From Sphaerodactylus townsendi (Eukaryota): a stretch of DNA of 64,000 bases. The translations under genes and the position numbers were made by a program. The notes beneath the pieces were generated by a model. That model had not been told where the DNA came from. It searched no databases and saw nothing but the letters and a program-made list of their open reading frames with translations. Where the stretch lies: the NCBI RefSeq assembly GCF_021028975.2, contig NC_059427.1, forward strand, positions 16,864,001-16,928,000. Reading direction: 5' to 3'. The first letter of the stretch is position 1; each line of letters starts with the position of its first letter. This document shows positions 51,833 through 64,000 of this stretch, one piece after another.

Positions 51833-52847
51833 TGAGGTACTACTGGTTTCAAATCTAGTTGTTTGATAGGAATGTGAATTAAAGATTGGAAGAGACATCA
51901 GATCGTTGGGTTAAGTTTCCCTATTTGACTAGCGGAAGTTTACAATTATGTCAGCAAGCTTTCAGTGGGTATAGCATGAAACTTAAGTTGTTGAAAGGGG
52001 ACTGTGTTAATATGTTATAAACCTGCCCGAGAGGAGTTTTTTTTTCTGAGGTGCGTATAGTTTAAACTTCAACAATCCTAGCTCATTGTTAACATTTACC
52101 TATTTCTACCAATTCTTGGAATAGGTTTAGATATTTAGACACATACAATAATTACTTTTATTTTTTTCTTCAAGTTATTTGTGTGTATGTGTGTTTTCCT
52201 GAAATAAACCTTGTTCTTGCTCACTTCTGCAAAAATCTGTCCATCCCACACAAGGCTCAGTTATTCTCTAAAGGAGCCCAATCCATGCTTGCATGGATTA
52301 TACTCAAATTGCATCCAACTTGGAAAAATCCTCTTAATCTCCCAACTGGCAACTCTGGGCAGAGGGCAGAAACAGTTTCCTGAGGGCAAAGAAACATTCC
52401 GCGGTGATGGTGGCTGCCTCCTAAAACCCAATGCCACCACCAAACACTGTGTTTCACCCCAAAACATTTTAAGATTAGAAGTCTTAGAAGTCTGCAGTGG
52501 CTTTCACACTGGTCATTCTCCGAAACTGTCACTCAGGACGTTGCTCCAGGCTCTACACAGTTGGGAAGCAAAATTGCCCTCCCCGACCCCATGGTGTTTC
52601 TGTGGCTTTTCTATGATCTTTCTCAAACCACGTTTGCTCTTAAGTTCTGGAAAAGATCACAGCAAAGCTTGGATGGCTGCTTTGTGGACAAGAAGTCAGC
52701 AATTTTTCTGGTTCAACCCACATGGCAGACATTACCTTTCCCTGCCATTGAAGGGGGCTGTTTTTTTTAATTGGCCGCTGAATGTTTTTGGGGGCTGCTA
52801 AATCTCATCAGGGAGAGAGCGAGGCAGAAAGAGACACAGACAGACAG

Positions 52848-52849
<2 letters not shown>

Positions 52850-52894
<45 letters not shown>

Positions 52895-52906
52895 GTGTGT
52901 GTGTGT
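52850..52906. repeat. (TG)n microsatellite
   Basis: Directly visible. Confidence 0.95.
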
Positions 52907-53135
52907 GGCTGACCAGCCGTCCCACTTTTGGCGGGACAGTCCCGCCTTCGCACAATTTGTCCTGTCCCTTCCATTGTCCCAATTTTTGGGAGACTGCCGC
53001 ACTGCCTTCTGGGGCGCAAGGCAGTGCGGCAGCCTCCCGTGCGCGCAGCCGCAGGAGCACGGCCTTCTGGGGCGCTGCAGTTTCCCGCCCTGTGACAGTG
53101 CCCTGGGGCGCTGCAGTTTCCCGCCCATACCCTAC

Positions 53136-53305
53136 NNNNNNNNNNNNNNNNNNNNNNNNNNNNNNNNNNNNNNNNNNNNNNNNNNNNNNNNNNNNNNNNN
53201 NNNNNNNNNNNNNNNNNNNNNNNNNNNNNNNNNNNNNNNNNNNNNNNNNNNNNNNNNNNNNNNNNNNNNNNNNNNNNNNNNNNNNNNNNNNNNNNNNNNN
53301 NNNNN
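53136..53305. other. Assembly gap, preceded by a GC-rich repeat (ctggggcgctgcagtttcccgccc)
   Basis: Run of N. Confidence 1.
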
Positions 53306-54049
53306 CACTGCTCACTTTTTTAATAAATCTCAATTCATCATGAAAATACAAGTAAAAAAAACAAAGACAAGCAGATTATTTTCTGAATAGTGATGACTGC
53401 TGAACAGATATTCACTCAGATCTTGCCCAGGCAGAAAGATTTTCATGAGGAACACAGCACTATATTAAGAGTTATGTTGAAACCAGTTTTAGTTCCACTT
53501 CCTGCTGATTGCAAAAGAGTGATTCTTTAGCAGCCCAAAACAGCCCTCATGTGAATGTTTCCTGCAAGGAAAGCTTTTCCTTGAAGTTTCCACTCTTTCC
53601 CTGTGGCCTTCTTTTTTTGGTTTGTTTTTGGCCTCAAGAAATGAGTTTTGATTTAGGGCACCCCCTATAGCTTTTTTTCCGCCAGAAAGACATACCATAG
53701 AGGTGGTTTTCTCTGGCTTCTGTTCTGTGGCCTCCCATCTCAGCAGTAACAAGAGTCAACAACCCTGCTTAGCTTCCAAGATCTAAAATTACAAAATGGA
53801 TAAATCTTCCTCTTTTTATCCGGTGTTGACAAAAACAGAGACACTCTAAAGACACTGGTGACAGAAAAGAAGCGGGCTGCTAGGATTAAAGTACAGAACG
53901 AACAGGACAGGAAGAAGAGTCTTAGAAGCAAACTACATGACACATTTCTTCACTCATGTACACTAGCAGTGCTGAAGGGGGAAGGGATCCCCCCCCCCCC
54001 CCCCCCCCGCAGTTTCCTCACATGTAATTGTACCACTACTCTGCATTGG

Positions 54050-54565
54050 TCAGACCTCACCTATGTACTGTGTTCAGTTCTGCGCACCGCAATTTAAGAA
54101 AGATATTGACAAGCTGGGACATGTCCAGAGGAGGGCAACCAAAAAGGTCTGGAATACCCTACAAAGACAGGCTTAGGGAGCTGGGGATGTTTAGTTCGGA
54201 GAAGTGAAGGTTAAGGGGGCACCTGATAGCTGCGTTTTAAATATTGGAAGGAATGCCATGTTGAAGAAGGAGCAAGCTTGTTTTTTGCCGCCCCAGACGC
54301 CATGGCTAGGACATGGAGCAATGGATTCCGGGCTAAGGAAAAGAGATTCCACCTTTAAGCATTAGGAAGAACTTTCTGATGGTCAGGGTTGCCCCACAGT
54401 AGAATTCACTGGCCTCAGATAGCGGTGGAGCCCCCTTCTTTGGGAGGCCTTTAAACAGCAGCTGGATGAACATATGTTGTGAGAGTGCTTTTGTTGTGCG
54501 TTCATGCATGGCAAAGGGTTGGGGCTCGGATGGCCCTTAAATCTCTTCCAACTCTTTGACCCGTG
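54050..54565 (+). mobile_element. Old degenerate CR1 LINE 3' portion
   Basis: gtactgtgttcagttctg..tttaagaaagatattgacaagctgg..gtccagaggagggcaacc; ends ggcccttaaatctcttccaactct. Confidence 0.75.
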
Positions 54566-55242
54566 ACCACATGAGAGGAATTATTTTGGTGATTTTGTTG
54601 GGTTCCACATGCACAAAATCTCTGAAATGACATCCCTCTCAAAACAGTTTTTGCCCTATTGCGGGAACCCCTCCTTCCCCTCCCACATGGTACCATTCCT
54701 TGAGTCCCGCCTCAGCTCTTCTTTTACTTTATTCTATGTTAGAAGCCATTTAATAAGTGTCCACTGACCTCTTCCCCGGATAGCCAGACTCCAGGTTATT
54801 GAAATCCGCTTTTATTGCATCTGTATAAAACAAACAGGCACATTCGTGAGGGTTTGGTTGGATCTAAAGTTCCTGCATTAAGCGCAGCAGCCTATATTAC
54901 CCACTCGGCGTTTCCCCTTCCTAACGTATTGTGTACTCCGTCCAGCTGTAGGGAGGGAAAACCATTACTACAAGTCTCTAAACAAGCCAAGCTCCGTCAC
55001 AAGCAAAGGTTCTTTGGTGCCACCATCTCCCAGACTCCACTGGGTGAGCATGGCAAGATCTGAGGCGGATCGAGCTCGACACTGTTCCCCACAGCTGCTG
55101 TGTAACTACAGGGAACACACGCAAGCTTATACACAAGTGAAAAAACATATTGTGTGGTTTGCCTCTTAGCTGCAGTTCTGGGAGAGAGAGAGGAATGTCA
55201 AAGGTAAGGCGGAATTAAGACTGGATGTACATTTTCCTTTAC

Positions 55243-55358
55243 CTTTGAATTTCTTCAGAATGTTTTCTAAGGAAACATTTTTCTTGTCAAATGTACTGAG
55301 TTTTTCTTTTAGGTCTTGCGAAATCTCCACAGGCAGATGGAGCTCTTCCTTATTAGAT
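55243..55358 (-). CDS. TRIM-like gene 116-bp exon
   Basis: SNKEELHLPVEISQDLKEKLSTFDKKNVSLENILKKFK; ctag| acceptor, G|gtaaag donor. Confidence 0.85.
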
Positions 55359-56069
55359 CTAGCAAGGAGAAAACCTAAAGTGAAATTGGTTCTTGTTTGA
55401 ATTCTGTGAATAGACTATTACGGCCTAGAAGCAACCACAGCACCAGAAGCAGTTTTCTGCAAGCTTCCTTTGCTACGGGCTCATCATAAGGTTTCTCTTA
55501 TGAATAGAGCTTGGTTTTCCTGCCTCTTCTCTCTAAGCCCAATTCACATGAATGCTTCAGTTTGTCTAATTTGTTCCACCCTCCATTTTGCAAACTAAAG
55601 TCAGGTATAGTGTAACATCAATCAAGATAAGAATGCCCATCACTTTGAACATATCGCTCCCCTTTTCTGCTCTTTATTTCGGATTTTCTTCCTTCTCAAA
55701 TTCTGTTCAAACTTCTTCCATTAACTAGAAAATTTATCTATTTCATGGCTCCCATTGATCGATCTGCTTTTCTCTCTATCTATATTATCTTCGTTCCCCT
55801 GATGTCATTGGCCTCTGCAATCCCCCAACGTCTGCCTGGTCTTCCTTGCTGCTCCCCCGACTATCTATTCATCTGGTTTTTTTAATTAATGTATTTATAC
55901 ATTTCATTAAAAAACTTGCCTCTTCACACAGATACTTTCCTTATGACTTTTGTCCTCTCTTTTTAGGGGGCAAGATGCATAAGAGTATCAGTCAATTTAC
56001 AGCATTAGAAAGTCTAGTTTTAGACTGGTACAGAATCATTAATGGACCTCATATACTGTTGTAGGTTAA

Positions 56070-56800
56070 CTAGCGGGCCCGGCCATGCTTTGCTGTGGCT
56101 GAGTCGGGTGAAGTGGAAAAGGAAGAAAAAGGGGAAGCAAAAGGTTCGAACATGTGTCATTGCACAATGCTTGCAAGGGAGGGGAGAGGCAAGGGGCCCC
56201 TCTCTCCCCTCCCTCTCTCCCACTCCCTTGCATGGCAACCCTGCAGGTCCCTCCCTAACGTTCCCCTTTCTCTGCTAGGGTGGGTGGGCCATGTCCAGGT
56301 GGGCTGATCCTGTCCCTTTCACTCCCTTCCCTTGCAGGTGAATTATCTAGTGTAAAACACGCTGGGAGGCATGAGCTACGTTGTGTTCAAATTTCACAGC
56401 GTTTGGTCCAGCAAACCCCTGGACCCTCCCTCACTTTCCCCTTCCCCCGCTAGGGTGGGTGGGCCATGTGCAGATAGCCCGCCCCATCCCTTTCATTCCA
56501 TAAGGCAGTGGTTTTCAAGGAAGGCATGGTTAGTTCCCTTGTATCAGAGGGTGTTGCTTTGACGGCCAGCAGATGGCGCTGTTGCAGAACAGAACTGTGG
56601 TTCCAACTGTCACTGGTGTAGCATGTACACAATAACTGGCACAGTTGTAACATGTACACAACAGGAGGTGTGGAAACAGTATGGAAACCTGGCCACACGT
56701 GAATCTGACGTTGTGTGAAAATTTCAAAGCAATCGGTCCAGTAGTTTGGGAGATTACCTGTCAGCAGGAAAACGAACTGATAGATTTTTATATATATAGA
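56070..56800 (-). mobile_element. Non-autonomous Helitron
   Basis: Minus strand A|TCTATATATATAAAA ... GCCACAGCAAAGCATGGC hairpin, CGGGCCCG, CTAG|T; inserted at an AT dinucleotide, no TSD. Confidence 0.8.
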
Positions 56801-57610
56801 TATAAAGGTGCCAACTAAATGTTATTTTGTATTCCTCCTTCAGAGTTCTACTTCATTCATAGGTTTGGCTGAACTTTTTGTGTGAGTGAGTGTTCTAGAA
56901 GCTAGGGGGCATTAATTTTTTTCTCAGAATATGACTCATACCTTCCTGTCTTCCACATTCAGACCTTTTTAACAGTAAAACTATTCCAGCTGTCAGCTAT
57001 AAACACTCCATACACTTGACAACAGGTAACATAAGTTTGAGGACCAGGACCCAGACCTTCTTTTTGTTTTATGTAAACACCCAGCATGCAGTGGTATTCT
57101 GCCTCTGAATATGGGGGTTCCACTTAGCCAACCCAGCTACTAGCTACAGATGGACTTATTCTCCATGAATTTGCCTGACATGTTTTTCAGCAGTTTTAGT
57201 AACTGTCAGTATAACCTGTGGCAGTGAGTTTCACAAGTTAATTATGCACTGCACTATGATTGACCGCCTTTTTGCTCTCTTGTATTTACTGCCCATCAAA
57301 TTTACTGGGCATTCCAAGTTTGAGTATCAGGAGTTCCACTTTATCTACCTCATATTTCATTCTATAAACCTCTATCATGCCCCCTCTTGGTGGAGTGGAG
57401 GAGACGTATAGGCTTACCCAATGGTTAGAGAAATGCAGTTTGCAAATCCCACTTTTATCTTTGCCTCTGCCTTCCTTGGCACTGAAATAGGGCTCTGTGG
57501 GTGTGGCTTACAGAGGCCTGCTGCTGAGGAAACGTCCACATCACCTTACTTCATCGTCTTGTACCTGTGAACTAGCCCTCAATCTGCAGGAATTGGAGTC
57601 TGCTACTTAC

Positions 57611-57633
57611 CTGCTGAATACATTCTTGACACT
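57611..57633 (-). CDS. TRIM-like gene 23-bp micro-exon
   Basis: ccag|AGTGTCAAGAATGTATTCAGCAG|gtaagt. Confidence 0.88.
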
Positions 57634-57945
57634 CTGGAGGGGCAAGAAAAAGGAAGAAACCAGAGTTCATATTATGAACACAAACGTTTTCTAAACACGC
57701 GAGTGTCTTTATCTGCTAATAGCATTACAAGTTAAGATCATGCGTTCAGTTAGTACTGAGAACATAACAGCAGCCATAGTAATGACCTATCCAGCACAGT
57801 GATCTGTCAGGCAAACCCTCGCAGCTGTGGCTTGCAGGCAAGCTACCTGACGACTGGAAAATACAGGACCCTTCTGCCTCTTCCATGTTCCTCTACTCTA
57901 GGCTTTGAATGGGCCTTAAAAGACTTGGGGATCTAACCCTTCCGC

Positions 57946-58127
57946 CAGAGGTGGGATCCAACCAGTTCTCACCACTTCTCTAGAAGTGGTTACTAATTTT
58001 TTCTGCGTGCCGAGAAGGGGTTACTAAAGCAACCTCACTGCCCAATAGGGACTGTGTGCGGCGGCGCCACTATTTGAATCCCACCACCATCGGAACCTGT
58101 TATTAAAATTTCTGGATCCCACCACTG
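57946..58127. mobile_element. hAT MITE
   Basis: TIR cagaggtgggatcca / tggatcccaccactg; imperfect 8-bp TSD ccttccgc/cctcccac. Confidence 0.75.
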
Positions 58128-58164
58128 CCTCCCACCCCTCCTCCTCCAAGATCCACGCTCTCAC

Positions 58165-58395
58165 CTGCAGGAATTCACTTGCTGACTGCTGACATGTCTC
58201 CTCCATCTCACTGATCAGGTCCCCAAGAATGGAAATTTCCTCTGAGAATCTGATGTTGCTTTCCTTCTGCCCTTTCTGAACCTCCATCTCAATTTCATCC
58301 AACTGGTCCAGAAGAAGCTGCTCCATTTCCTCAAAGTACTGATGCAGCAGTTCAAATTGGGAGGTAATTTTCTTCCGTGTTGTGTCTAAATTCTC
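58165..58395 (-). CDS. TRIM-like gene 231-bp coiled-coil exon
   Basis: ENLDTTRKKITSQFELLHQYFEEMEQLLL...EMEETCQQSASEFLQ; cag| and |gtgag borders. Confidence 0.92.
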
Positions 58396-58739
58396 CTGTG
58401 ATTAAAAAAATCAAGGCAGGAAGCAGTGTTGACTTGGAAAGGCATTTGTCATGCAAAGTGAGTATTACAGTCCACTTAGGTTTTGTACTTGTTTTACAAA
58501 CCCAATTTAAACAGAGAATACTTTAAGCATCAAGAATGTGACAACTTAGAGGTAAGAGGGAGGCAGTTACATCTCTAAAGTTTCACCAGTAATTACATGC
58601 TTGTTTATACATGAACCAGTGCAGGATTTATTTGAATTTGGAGAAGCTTATAAGAAATTATTTCTAACTTATTGTGCTGAAATACATTGTGTTGGTCTCT
58701 AACGTGCTGCTGGACTCTGTTATGTTTTCCTTCTGCAGA

Positions 58740-59502
58740 TTATTCATTTATTCATTTATTCATTCATTCATTCATTTATTCATTCATTCATTCTTTCGAC
58801 TTTTATACCGCCCCATCCCCGAAGGGCTCTGGGCAGTGTACAGCAAATTATCATATATATAGAATTAAACAACAAAAACCATTAAAAGCAGCAATAAAAA
58901 TAAGACTAGACATAATATCAGGTTACCATAAGCAGAATGGCGTCCGACAGCTCCATTTTAAAATCCTCTTTCAGGAGGGAGGAACAGTAAATCCCAAGAT
59001 GGCAAAAGGCACAAATGTAAAGGCCGGTGGGGGGGCACCATCAACGGCTGGTTCCTCCAAAGGCCCGGCGGAACAGTTCCGTCTTACAGGCCCTGCGGAA
59101 TTCAGTAAGGTCCCGCAGGGCCCGGACAGCTGGTGGGAGGGCGTTCCACCAGGCTGGGGCCAGGGCCGTAAAGGTCCTGGCCCGCGTGGAGGCTAGCCGT
59201 ATCATCGAGGGGCCAGGGACCACCAGTAAGTTGGCCTCCGCTGAACGGAGAGGCCGTGCAGGGACGTATGGGGTGATGCGGTCCCGAAGATACGAAGGTC
59301 CCAGGCCGCGTAAGGCCTTGAAGGTTAACACCAACACCTTGAAGATGATTCGGAACTCTACTGGAAGCCAGTGCAGCCGGCGCAACACAGGCTGGATATG
59401 ATCCCAGATGGCACTGCCTGTGAGCAGGCGCGCAGCCGCATTTTGGACCAGTTTTAGTTTCCGAATCAAACGCAAGGGAAGGCCCACGTAGAGCTAGTTA
59501 CA
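58740..59502 (-). mobile_element. 5'-truncated young L2 LINE
   Basis: Open C-terminal ORF2 (LVQNAAARLLTG..HIQPVLRRLHWLPV..FKVLVLTFKAL), CpG-rich, 3' stem and (AATG)n tail. Confidence 0.92.
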
Positions 59503-59544
59503 ATTAATAGATTAATACCTCTGGCCTCTCCCTGAGAGAGCCTG

Positions 59545-59827
59545 AAAGAGTCAGCATGGCACAGTTAAAACAGGTGGACTCGAATCTGGAGAACCAGGTT
59601 TGATTCTCCACTCGTTCGCATGAGTAGCGAACTTGATTTGTTTCCCCACTCCTACATTCCAGCTGGGTGACCTCAGACTAGTCACAGCTCTTTCAAGAAC
59701 TCTTTCAGCCCCACCTACCTCATCAGGTGTCTCTTGTGGGGAGAAGAAGGGAAGGAGTTTGTAAGCCCCTTTAAGACTCCTTACCGGAGAGAAAGGCAGG
59801 GGTATAAACCCAAACTCTTCTTCTTCT
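59545..59827 (+). mobile_element. tRNA-headed squamate SINE
   Basis: Same family as 9672-9960; (TTC)n tail. Confidence 0.8.
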
Positions 59828-59987
59828 TGCTCACTTACTTTGAGACATACTAGAAAAATTTCAGGACAGTCTCTGGGCCCAGTCATTGTCAGCCTGCATT
59901 GCAAGAGGCCTGAACTAGGTTCCAGCCATTATGGAAGGAGCCATTTCATGGAATGAATCCAGGGTTGGAGCAGTGCACCACAAGGCT

Positions 59988-60623
59988 TGGAGTACTGTGT
60001 TCCGTTCTGGTCGCCACATCTCAAAAAGGATATTAAGGAGATAGAAAAAGTGCAGAGAAGGGCAACGAGGATGATTGAGGGACTGGAGCACCTTCCTTAT
60101 GAGGAGAGGCTGCAGCGTTTGGGACTCTTTAGTTTGGAGAGGAGACGTCTGAGGGGGGATATGATTGAAGTCTATAAAATTATGCATGGGGTAGAAAATG
60201 TTGACAGAGAGAAATTTTTCTCTCTTTCTCACAATACTAGAACCAGGGGGCATTCATTGAAAATGCTGGGGGGAAGAATTAGGACTAATCAAAGGAAACA
60301 CTTCTTCACGCAACGTGTGATTGGTGTTTGGAATATGCTGCCACAGGAGGTGGTGATGGCCACTAACCTGGATAGCTTTAAAAGGGGCTTGGACAGATTT
60401 ATGGAGGAGAAGTCCATCTATGGCTACCAATCTTGATCCTCCTTGATCTTAGATTGCAAATGCCTTAACAGCCCAGGTACTCGGGAGCAACAGCGGCAGA
60501 AGGCCATTGCTTTCACATCCTACATGTGAGCTCCCAAAGGCACCTGGTGGGCCACTGCGAGTAGCAGAGAGCTGGACTAGATGGACTCTGGTCTGATCCA
60601 GCTGGCTTGTTCTTATGTTCTTA
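59988..60623 (+). mobile_element. 5'-truncated young CR1 LINE
   Basis: Open ORF2 end (EYCVPFWSPHLKKDI..EKVQRRATRMI..YEERLQRLGLFSLERRRLRGDMIEVYKI); 3' tcttatgttctta repeat. Confidence 0.93.
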
Positions 60624-62062
60624 AGGCTGTGCCTATATTTAAAACTCCTGTCCCCTGGATTATAGCTGGGAACACAACTGCAGCTTTAGCTGGGGTAAAC
60701 ACTGAAATGTGAAGGTGGTGCCTGTGAAGGATGGGATCTAAGAAGAACCAGGAGCTGCACAGGATTTGATTTCCAAAGTTGCCTTTATCTACAGGGGAAT
60801 CGATCTCCAGTCTGAAGATCAGCTGTCATTACAGAAGTCTTCCAAGCCCAAACTTGAAGATGGTAGCCCTCACTGGAAAAGAAGCCATTGACATTCTGGG
60901 CAAATGATGTTTCTTGCCAACAACTTCAAACAAAGGCAGGCCTCTGTCAACCAATTCAATGAGAGCCAAGAGACACGAGAAATCTGTGTTCAGATCCACA
61001 GGTGTGCCATTTAACTGCAAAATAGCAATTGTGGTGCAGAAGCAGATCCAGGCTGGGGCCAGAGCTTTGGGAAGAGAGGGTTTCCTGGTTGAAAATGTAT
61101 TAATTTATTTGGATAGTTATACTTCATTTGTCTCCCCAAGAGGAACCCAAGACTGCTTGCAACATAGATCTCACCCTGTCTATTTCATCCCAACAACATC
61201 CTTATAAGGTAGGTAGGTTAAAATAACTCACTGGGCCAAAGCTACTCAGCAAGTTTCCATAGCCAAGTTGGAATTAAAATCTGGTTGTCCCATATCCTGA
61301 TTTTACACTTTAACTGTTCCTGTGTGCTCTCTCCTCCTGACATGGCTGACCCAACCTTGGGATGGTAACATGAGCAAACTTGCCCTGGGTTTGGTTCAAG
61401 CATGCCCAGCAGCACACACAATGAAGCAAAAAAAAGAGAAATTCAAGAAAAGGGTTTCAAAAAAGCAGATCATAGAGTTTAGTGGCAAACTTAACATGCA
61501 AGAAAAAGAAACAAACTATCTGACTGACTACTTAATTCTTGCAGCAGAATACTGGTTCTTACAGCTAAAGCACATTGTACCAGAGCTTAACTCTTTAGGC
61601 AGAAAGGCTGCGATAAGTGAAAGAAAATGGCTATTTTTTAAAATGGGAACACCAGCCATAACTTCCTGACTTTCTTCAATCAGCCACAAGGCTGTCTCCA
61701 AGGAATATTCTAGAAAGGAGCACCCCCTCCCTTCCCAGATTCACAGCTGGTCTGTGTGAGCTAATTAACAGGCCTTGGAGATGACCTTGGGGAGTAAGGG
61801 GTGGTGGTGGTAACCAACACCTGCGGAGAAGAGTACAGTGAAATGAGATCAGCTGAAATTTCCCCTAAGACATCTTCTCTCTTGATACCTCCTCAGATGG
61901 TTTCTGAGCCAAATTCCAGGGTTATATTGTTTATTTTTATGGTTTGCTCTGTAGACCAAATGTGGTTTGAACGTTGTTAATGGTAAGCAGCAGGTAGGTG
62001 AGAAGAGAATACAGTGTCAAAGCATGCCATGATCATACAACCTCAGGACTGAATCTGTAGGG

Positions 62063-62160
62063 CAGGGGTGTCCAGCTCTGGCCCTCCAGATGTTCATGGA
62101 TTACAATTCTTATCAGTCCCTGCCAGCCAGGCATCCGGAGGACCAGAGTTGGACACCCTG
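62063..62160. mobile_element. hAT MITE (URR1-like, internally deleted)
   Basis: caggggtgtccagctctgg ... ccagagttggacaccctg. Confidence 0.7.
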
Positions 62161-62176
62161 CTGTAAAACATGAGTA

Positions 62177-62954
62177 CCGTATATACTCGCGTATAAGTCG
62201 ACCCGCATATAAGTCGAGACACCTAATTTTACCACAAAAAACTGGGAAAACTTATTGACTCGCGTATAAGTCGAGGGTGGGAAATGCAGCAGCTGCTGGT
62301 AAATTTCAAAAATAAAAATAGATGCCAATAAAATTACATCAATTGAGGCATCAGTAGGTTAAATGTTTTTGAATATTTATTTCAAAGAAAAACAGTAAAC
62401 TGGCTCTGTAAGTGGAAAAGAGGGTCAACAAGAACAATATGGTATCAACAATAACTTTAAAAGTACAAAAACCTTAGCTTAACCAGCAACCAAGCTAAAA
62501 CACAAGAGTTAAAATCCTCCAAAACTGGATTCCTCATCATCATCTGTATGTCCAAATGTAACCCAACTTAGATTTTAAGAGGGATACTATCAGAAATGGA
62601 AAATCTACTATTAGCTTCCATTGTAAACAATGGGGGATGGGGCATCCCCTTTGGGGGTCAATAACTTTGGATCCCCTGTCCCAAACTTCACCAAACCTGG
62701 CTGGTATCATAAAGAGACTCTCCATAACTTTGGACCCCCTGAACCAAACTTTACCAAACTTGGCTGGTATCATCAGGAGTGTCTTCTGAGGGTACCCTGA
62801 AATTTTGGTGCAGCTAGCATAAAAACCGCGCCCCCTGCTGGCCAGCAAAGTAAAAACACACACAAAATTTTAATGACCCGCATATAAGTCGAGGGGAGCT
62901 TTTTAAGCATTAAAAATGTGCTGAAAAATTCGACTTATACATGAGTATATACGG
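62177..62954. mobile_element. Tc2/pogo-like non-autonomous transposon
   Basis: TA TSD; TIR ccgtatatactcgcgtataagtcga / tcgacttatacatgagtatatacgg. Confidence 0.88.
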
Positions 62955-63498
62955 TATGCTGGTTTAGAAAGTCTGTGTATCATGCTGTGCTAGCTGTTTT
63001 GAACAACCTTTCAAGTCAAGCTGACCTGGGTTCAAGGGGAGTGCAGCTGAGTACATAAGAAAGGGAACAGGCATGTTCCTTATTCCCTTGCCAGTGCATT
63101 AGACGGCCCTTAACCTTAAAAAAGGTGGGGGGAATGGCCCCTCAACACAGAAAAGCCCTCAATACTAAAATTATCAACTTGAAAATTCCCTTGCTATGCT
63201 TAATAAGGTAATCTGTTTCTAATTACATTCCACTTCTAATTGTTATAAAAGATGAACAGAACACGTTGAATATTGAGAGACAGGAGAAACTGGAAGTCCA
63301 GACTTGCTGGATTTCTCTTCTATCTCTCTTTCCTTTGTGTACACAAATAAATTTCAGTACCTTTAAGAAACTCTTATGTGTCTGTTATGGGTCTGACAGG
63401 CCAACCCTAGTTCTTAGGGGGTATGGGGCTGCCTCTTTCAGAATTTCCCCCATCATTACTCCCCCCTCAAAAAAAAAAAACCCAATAAAAATGCTCAC

Positions 63499-63594
63499 CA
63501 GGTGCTCTTTTATAGTAAGCCCGTCTTGTGGCTGCCTTGATATGGCATTCTCCCTCTCCCTCTTCAGTTCCTGGAGTTCAGACTGGATTAGTTT
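63499..63594 (-). CDS. TRIM-like gene 96-bp exon 2
   Basis: ttag|KLIQSELQELKRERENAISRQPQDGLTIKEHL|gtgagc. Confidence 0.85.
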
Positions 63595-64000
63595 CTAAAG
63601 GAAGAAAAACAACAGGGGACTTGTCCCACCAGAATGTGTGTGTCCTGCACTTGAAAAGGCATGGAGAGGGGAAAAGAATGATCAGGTTCTGTCATGCACT
63701 GGGCCCAATCATGATTGGGTCCTTGAGGCATTTTCAAAAGACCAAGGTCAGCTCTTTAAATGATATCTAGTTTGGCCCACAGTCAGCCTGCCAAAGGTCA
63801 CATTCCACTATGGTTACCGATCTCTCTTGTCCAGAGGGGAAAAATGGCACCCAGGGTAACACTTGCTCCGGCACCCGCCCTGCACCGCACTAATCCAAGT
63901 CACTGGGGCCCGCTACTGGCTGCTGCCAACCCCCCTCCATTGGAGGGGAAGCTGTGCCTGCCTCACTTCAGGGGTGCCCGAGCCGGCTTGCCAAGTTGCT

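Larger units (their letters stand above)
48406..63594 (-). other. TRIM27/TRIM39/TRIM7-like gene, 5'-partial: complement(join(48406..48923,49264..49410,55243..55358,57611..57633,58165..58395,63499..63594))
   Basis: Class IV TRIM exon series 96/231/23/116/linker/B30.2 with consistent phases and no stops; RING/B-box exon outside the window. Confidence 0.85.

Noticed and set aside
59041-60436. 148-aa and 149-aa ORFs as host genes
   Set aside because: They are C-terminal ORF2 fragments of truncated L2 and CR1 LINEs

Overview
Vertebrate genomic DNA, most likely a squamate reptile and probably a gecko (inferred from the tRNA-headed and 5S-headed SINEs, CR1/L2 LINEs and Penelope-like fragments). Gene order: divergent intronless histone H1 with a histone stem-loop (-); tRNA-Val(CAC) (-); complete 8-exon RACK1/GNB2L1 (+, 317 aa) hosting four C/D snoRNAs (two SNORD96-like, two SNORD95-like); complete 6-exon TRIM41 (-, 644 aa), tail-to-tail with RACK1; tRNA-Val(CAC) and tRNA-Lys(CTT) (+); a 10-finger C2H2 ZNF gene (+) with no recognisable KRAB exon, downstream of a double ZNF143-type motif; and six exons of a TRIM27/39/7-like PRY-SPRY gene (-) whose RING/B-box exon lies beyond the window. 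This resembles the TRIM/tRNA block of the sauropsid extended MHC (chicken MHC-B; human 5q35.3). Introns and intergenic DNA are dense in transposons: hAT, Tc2/pogo and Harbinger MITEs, a Helitron, a possible solo LTR, LINEs, SINEs and Penelope-like elements. There are three N gaps. Most notable observations: compensatory box C/box D changes in both SNORD96 copies, snoRNA duplication across introns, a fast-evolving solitary H1, CTCF-motif cassettes carried by unrelated transposons, and hammerhead ribozyme motifs. I found no clearly new multi-gene system. All family assignments are from memory and need database confirmation.
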